Source: Oculina patagonica
Lineage: Eukaryota
Direction of reading: 5' to 3'
DNA: 64,000 nt
Assembly (NCBI RefSeq): GCF_052425735.1
Contig: NC_135759.1
Coordinates: 21,452,001 to 21,516,000, forward strand
Positions 59,508 to 64,000 of the stretch are shown one piece after another. Both the position numbers and the translations under genes were made by a program. A model generated the notes under the pieces. It was given only the letters and a program-made list of their open reading frames with translations, ran no database searches and was not told the DNA's origin. Every line of letters begins with the position of its first letter. Within the stretch, counting starts at the first letter, position 1.

Positions 59508-62022
59508 TTAAACAAGTGTGTGAATTCAAAAGTTTACAGTCATTGTAAATCTAGAAAAGATACCATATGTTATTGTAATTACATAAACCATAAAACTGAT
59601 CACATGAAATCAATGACGTAAACTTTTCATTTACATGTTGTTTGCCAGGTTGCCATTCTTCACTTTTGAACAGGCAAGTAAAATTTTGCCAGGGCAAGTA
59701 TGTTATCTGGCATACTTGCCCAGATAACAACTTGGAGAAAGAAGCCAATATGGATCCCTGTTTTACTCACCAAATGCAAGAACCTCAAACATATCCAGAA
59801 TCTTTGTATGACTTAACAATAAGTATCTTTAGAGGTAAGTATTGGCGCACCCCAAAACTAGGCCTCAACCCTTTGTAGCCTATTACAAAGCTACAGAACA
59901 AAACTCAAGCTCATGTTGTTGTTTTTTGTACTGGAACACTTTCCTTTCCTGACTTTGAATGCAAATTTCCAGGTCATCTGTTCTTCTTTTGCTGTGTTTC
60001 TGTTTATGTTATAATATTGTCTTGTTTTGTTAAGAAAGTGTGACGAAAAAAATTTCTTGAAGTTATGTTTATGAAACCTGCGATCACTTGGGAAGTTTTT
60101 TCTTGTTTTGGTAGAAAGGAAGTCAACATCCATCTATGCATGAGTTCTCAGAAGCTTTCAATACATGCAGTAGGAACATTAGACCTGGACTATGGAATAA
60201 TGGACTGTGGACTGAAAAAATCCTGCATTCTTTGGTTTTTAAATCAGGATGCAATTTAGAAATAATCAGGATGCAATCTATATGAATCTTTGGAAATAAG
60301 TTGCCTGGGAAAACTTACAGTTTGTGCTAGTACTTTCACATTAGCCCTTGTACAAGATCTCAATTCATACCTTAAGTGCTACTTTGAAAGTAGCACAAAC
60401 ATCCCCCTTTCCTTACACTCTTTAACATGTCAAAAGCTAATAAGAAGGGGAATTAAACCTTCACACAAGGCCAGCATCACATGTGAGGTGGTCATGTGGG
60501 AGGGAGGCATCAAGTTTTCAAGTACTTCACTGACAACTGGTCATTAGTACTTGTAACAACATCAAGAAATAATCAGCAATTGAAAGTGTTTTTAACAATG
60601 GACAACAGAGCATTGTTTTTTTAAGCCTGTGATTAAAGGTAAAGGGATTCTATTTCAATTGTATTGTTCCAGAAAATAAACAACCCCCCCCCCCCCAAAC
60701 CATACACACAAAGAAGTTTTCCTAAAGCAGGAACCAGTATAACTAGTAACCAGTAAATCTTGTTAAGCAACAGTTGACAAACAAAAACAAAAGGAATCAG
60801 GTACTACTAGATTGAGTGGTAGCTAAAGAATTCAGGGCTTTGGAGGCAGTGAAATGATTGATAGGAGCGAAATATACAACCTCTGATCTAGCAGAGTTTG
60901 TATGTTATTGAATAGCGGCATTAACAAGAAATATACATTTTTAATTTGATAAAAAGGCACCTTTAGGAACTGAAAGTTTAGATTCTAGTGAAATATATGC
61001 CAGTATTTAGAAGAGCTATTTTATTAATATTAGCCAAGGATAAAGTATCCTGTAAACAAAAAAATATAAAAAAGGGAATTCTCTAAAAATATACGAAGGC
61101 CATTCGAATGTTTTAAATATATTTGTAGATATTCATGAAGATTGTAAAGTGATTCCAAATAATTTCCTTTATATTCAACAAATTTACAAGAAGCCCATAT
61201 GCAGGCAGAAAGTCATTGTTATCTGTCATCTGTATATAACAAATATCCTGCGATACATTGCTCAAGTTTAGCTATTGTTCAGGTGCTGAGGTAAGAACAA
61301 ACGTCTTAAATTAAGATTTTAGTTTTTACAGTGTGTTGTTCAATAAGTATTGATCCTCCCCCCTCCAATGATTTTCTTTGGTTTTGGTTTGTATGAGCAT
61401 AGTCTTTGGCATTTTATACCACCATGAGATGAGGCAGTGCTTGGTGTTAGCTAGTGTGGAAATAACCAACTGTGCCTTTTATGAGGCCCTGTTAGGGTAA
61501 ATAATTTCTGACAGGCGACATGACTCTGAAACGGCGACATGAAGAAGCTGAAATGACGATGAACGACAAAATGCTCCCGTGAAATAATGACAGCGACAAA
61601 GAAAAGAGCAAAATCGACAGCGACATCAGCGCTGTGACACGCCGCGTGTCATCGACGTGTCTGGACATCGGATTTTCCTTGCCACGGAAAAAGTCCCGAT
61701 TCGGGGAAAATACGATTCCTGACACGCGGTGGACACGTCGCGTGTCATGAACCACGACACCTCCGAGTACGGATCCGAATCGTGTGATTTCCGGACCACG
61801 ACACACGCCTTTTCAAGCAGTGTGAGCCTGAGACTTTGTCAGCCTTGCAAAAGAAATTGTGACTACAAAAAGGCTTCCCAGAAAAATTCAAGATGACAAG
61901 ACCCCTAAAATTTGGCTAAAATTCTGTGAGATGTGCCTTTTTTGAAGAGCCATTCACTACTTCAACTTGTTGTTGGCACCCAGTTCAATCCAGATATAAA
62001 GTGAAAAAAAAATGAAACCTGG

Positions 62023-62063
62023 TAACCTGCGATCAGGAAAAATAACGCCTGATCGCAGGTTAG
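62023..62063. repeat. 40-bp palindromic mini-MITE
   Basis: TAACCTGCGATCAGG aaaaataacg CCTGATCGCAGGTTA; same end seen at ~23501. Confidence 0.7.
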
Positions 62064-62329
62064 AAACCTGGAGGAACACCTTGGTCTATGGCACAAAATG
62101 TCTTAAACCTTGGCCTTTTGAAAATCAATGTGAACTGTTAAGTTTACAGGAAACTTGATCTATTTTAATAGATTCGGTTTCATGAGACAAGCTTGAATGC
62201 TACAGTAGCTCTTAGTAACCTCAGAGCCATGCCACTTTATATCCAAACCCACTGGCAACGAAAACAGATCAAAGTGCGAAACATAAACATGTTGCACTTT
62301 ATGGAAAAGACATTAAAGAGTCATCTTAC

Positions 62330-62356
62330 CATTCGTCTTCGGGTGGAGCTATTCAT
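62330..62356 (-). CDS. Candidate first coding exon for the ankyrin gene (MNSSTRRRM)
   Basis: ATG...ATG|GTAAG phase-0 donor compatible with the phase-0 acceptors of both cassettes; GC-rich sequence at ~62470-62560 upstream. Speculative. Confidence 0.3.
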
Positions 62357-63553
62357 CGCTTACTCAGCCTTCTTGCTCTATGGCAAAACAGATTTACAGC
62401 TTGATTTTATTTTACGATCGGCAAAGGACCAAAATATGTGTGTTTGTTAGACAGTTGGGTCCAGTCTCTGGTCGGGCGCGGTCGGCTGGTGCGTTTTGAG
62501 GTCTGGAACTGAAAAATCTAAAACGGGTCAGGGATGTCTAGCGCTAGGACGGCCGGAATGACTGAGAACATGTAATTTACACAAATCTTTTCAAACTAAA
62601 CTGCTATTTACAGTTTATTATATTTTGAGCTTGGTTTTGAGTTATAAGCACTTTCAGCAAGCGAAAATTAATAAACAAGAAAAAAAAAAAAAACGTTTCG
62701 ATGCAGAAGACCATTCAACGATTGATTGCAAGTACGGCTGGTATCACTATGTACACTGATGTACTGGGCCTGAAGAGGACTAGCTCTACTAGTTAAAAAT
62801 ATTGGCCAATAAATTTAGCCCTTTTGCTGTAAGTGACCAACCTTGCATTCAGTTTGGTGTTATAATAAAAGCCGGTTACCGGCGGTCTACCGCCGCCTGT
62901 AGGACCTCTTACCGCCGTCTGTTTGGATTTCATTAATGAAAATATAAGTTACAAATAACAAAACTGAATAGTTTGTCAAAAAATCTTGTTTTTTGGACAA
63001 GTAAAGAACGCATCAGCAGCACGCTTTTTGATGCCCAGAACGCTGGAAATCGCATTTCCGAGCTTCTAGATTTCAAATTTTCCCCTACGGGGAAGTCACA
63101 GCCGCCTAATAGCCCTTCAGTGGCCGCTTATACCAAATGTATTTGAAACCCCTGTCAGTTATTTATATTATGGCGAGGTACAGTGTGGTTACGGAAGCCT
63201 GTTATGTTAAGAAGGTGGCCAATTCTTGCTCAACAACGACTGATAATAAGTTTGATATGTTTATTGTAGCATCGTCTGATAATTAGCGATAGCATTGATT
63301 TATCAAAATTGCTGGCAACCGGCGGTTTCTAGCTTCTTGCGATTTTTGTGTTTTTCTTCGCCTTGCTCTCTCTACCGCCCCTCTCGCCAGTCCAGTGAGT
63401 ATGACCAAGTGCAAAACGCTGAGAGAGGGGATTCCCTTATGAAAGAGCCGGGGATGCTAATCGTCTCGCTTAGCAGGCTTAGTAGTGTAAATTACGGATT
63501 TTGGTCTTTCTTAGGTCTTCAGTAAAAAAACACCAATATTTTTAACCGTCAAG

Positions 63554-63840
63554 GGCTCGATTTATCCTAGAGACGGATGATCCGTCTGGTCGAACTTTCA
63601 TTTTACTTAGGCAAGTTTTTATTATTCCGTCCGTGCTAACAGACGAAACATCCGTCCAGACGCATTATCTACAAAGTTCGTCTTGGCAGACGAACTACGA
63701 AGATAGTTCGTCTGGACGGATGATCCGTCTGTTTGCCCGTATTTATACACAGACGAATTATCAGATGAACTAAAAATGCTCGCCTAATTAAAATACAAGT
63801 TCGTCAAGACGGATCATCCGTCCCTAGTATAAATCGAGCC
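63554..63840. mobile_element. MITE with 3-bp TSD AAG (Harbinger-like ends)
   Basis: aag|GGCTCGATTTAT.CTAG.GACGGATGATCCGTCT...AGACGGATCATCCGTCCCTAGTATAAATCGAGCC|aag. Confidence 0.85.
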
Positions 63841-64000
63841 AAGGTCTTGTTTACGATTACACACGAAAAAATAAAAAGCAGGACTAGAAATATCAGCTAT
63901 TACAAATATAATGGTCTCTTTTGGATCATGGAGGGCTTGAAGGGGTAAAATAGGAATTGGGATTTGCACGAATTTTCACTAGGAAAATGGAATTTGGGTC

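Noticed and set aside
58293-60547. Short ORFs and splice-like sites upstream of cassette A
   Set aside because: No recognisable domain and no consistent exon chain could be assembled by eye.

Overview
This is eukaryotic (metazoan) genomic DNA, AT-rich and dense in repeats. Gene content and repeat families look most like a stony coral or another anthozoan (inference). Contents, left to right: (1) the 3' part of a CR1/L2-group LINE with an (ATGT)n tail, followed by a minimal hammerhead-ribozyme motif. (2) The 5' two-thirds of a multi-exon WDR91 gene on the minus strand (ATG at 19825, running off the left edge), whose intron 3 is a 4.16-kb AT-AC U12-type intron filled with nested DNA transposons. 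(3) A five-exon PEBP/RKIP-family gene, head-to-head with WDR91 across 350 bp, with two consecutive GC-AG introns. (4) An intronless huckebein-like C2H2 zinc-finger gene in a transposon-poor region, with a downstream Sox-motif cluster. (5) Two tandem ~1470-aa ankyrin-repeat cassettes on the minus strand. One is split by a very recent 5'-truncated L1/Tx1-type LINE (13-bp TSD, poly-A); the other carries a 1-nt frameshift plus a nonsense codon. Many MITEs and non-autonomous DNA transposons (TSDs of TA, TWA, TTAA, 4, 5, 6 and 8 bp) and tRNA-derived SINEs fill introns and intergenic space. There are no prokaryotic features and no CRISPR. All calls were made by eye, with no database searches. I did not find a single clearly new multi-gene system; the best leads are the non-canonical splicing cluster, the paired ankyrin cassettes, the hammerhead motif and the variable-TSD transposon families.
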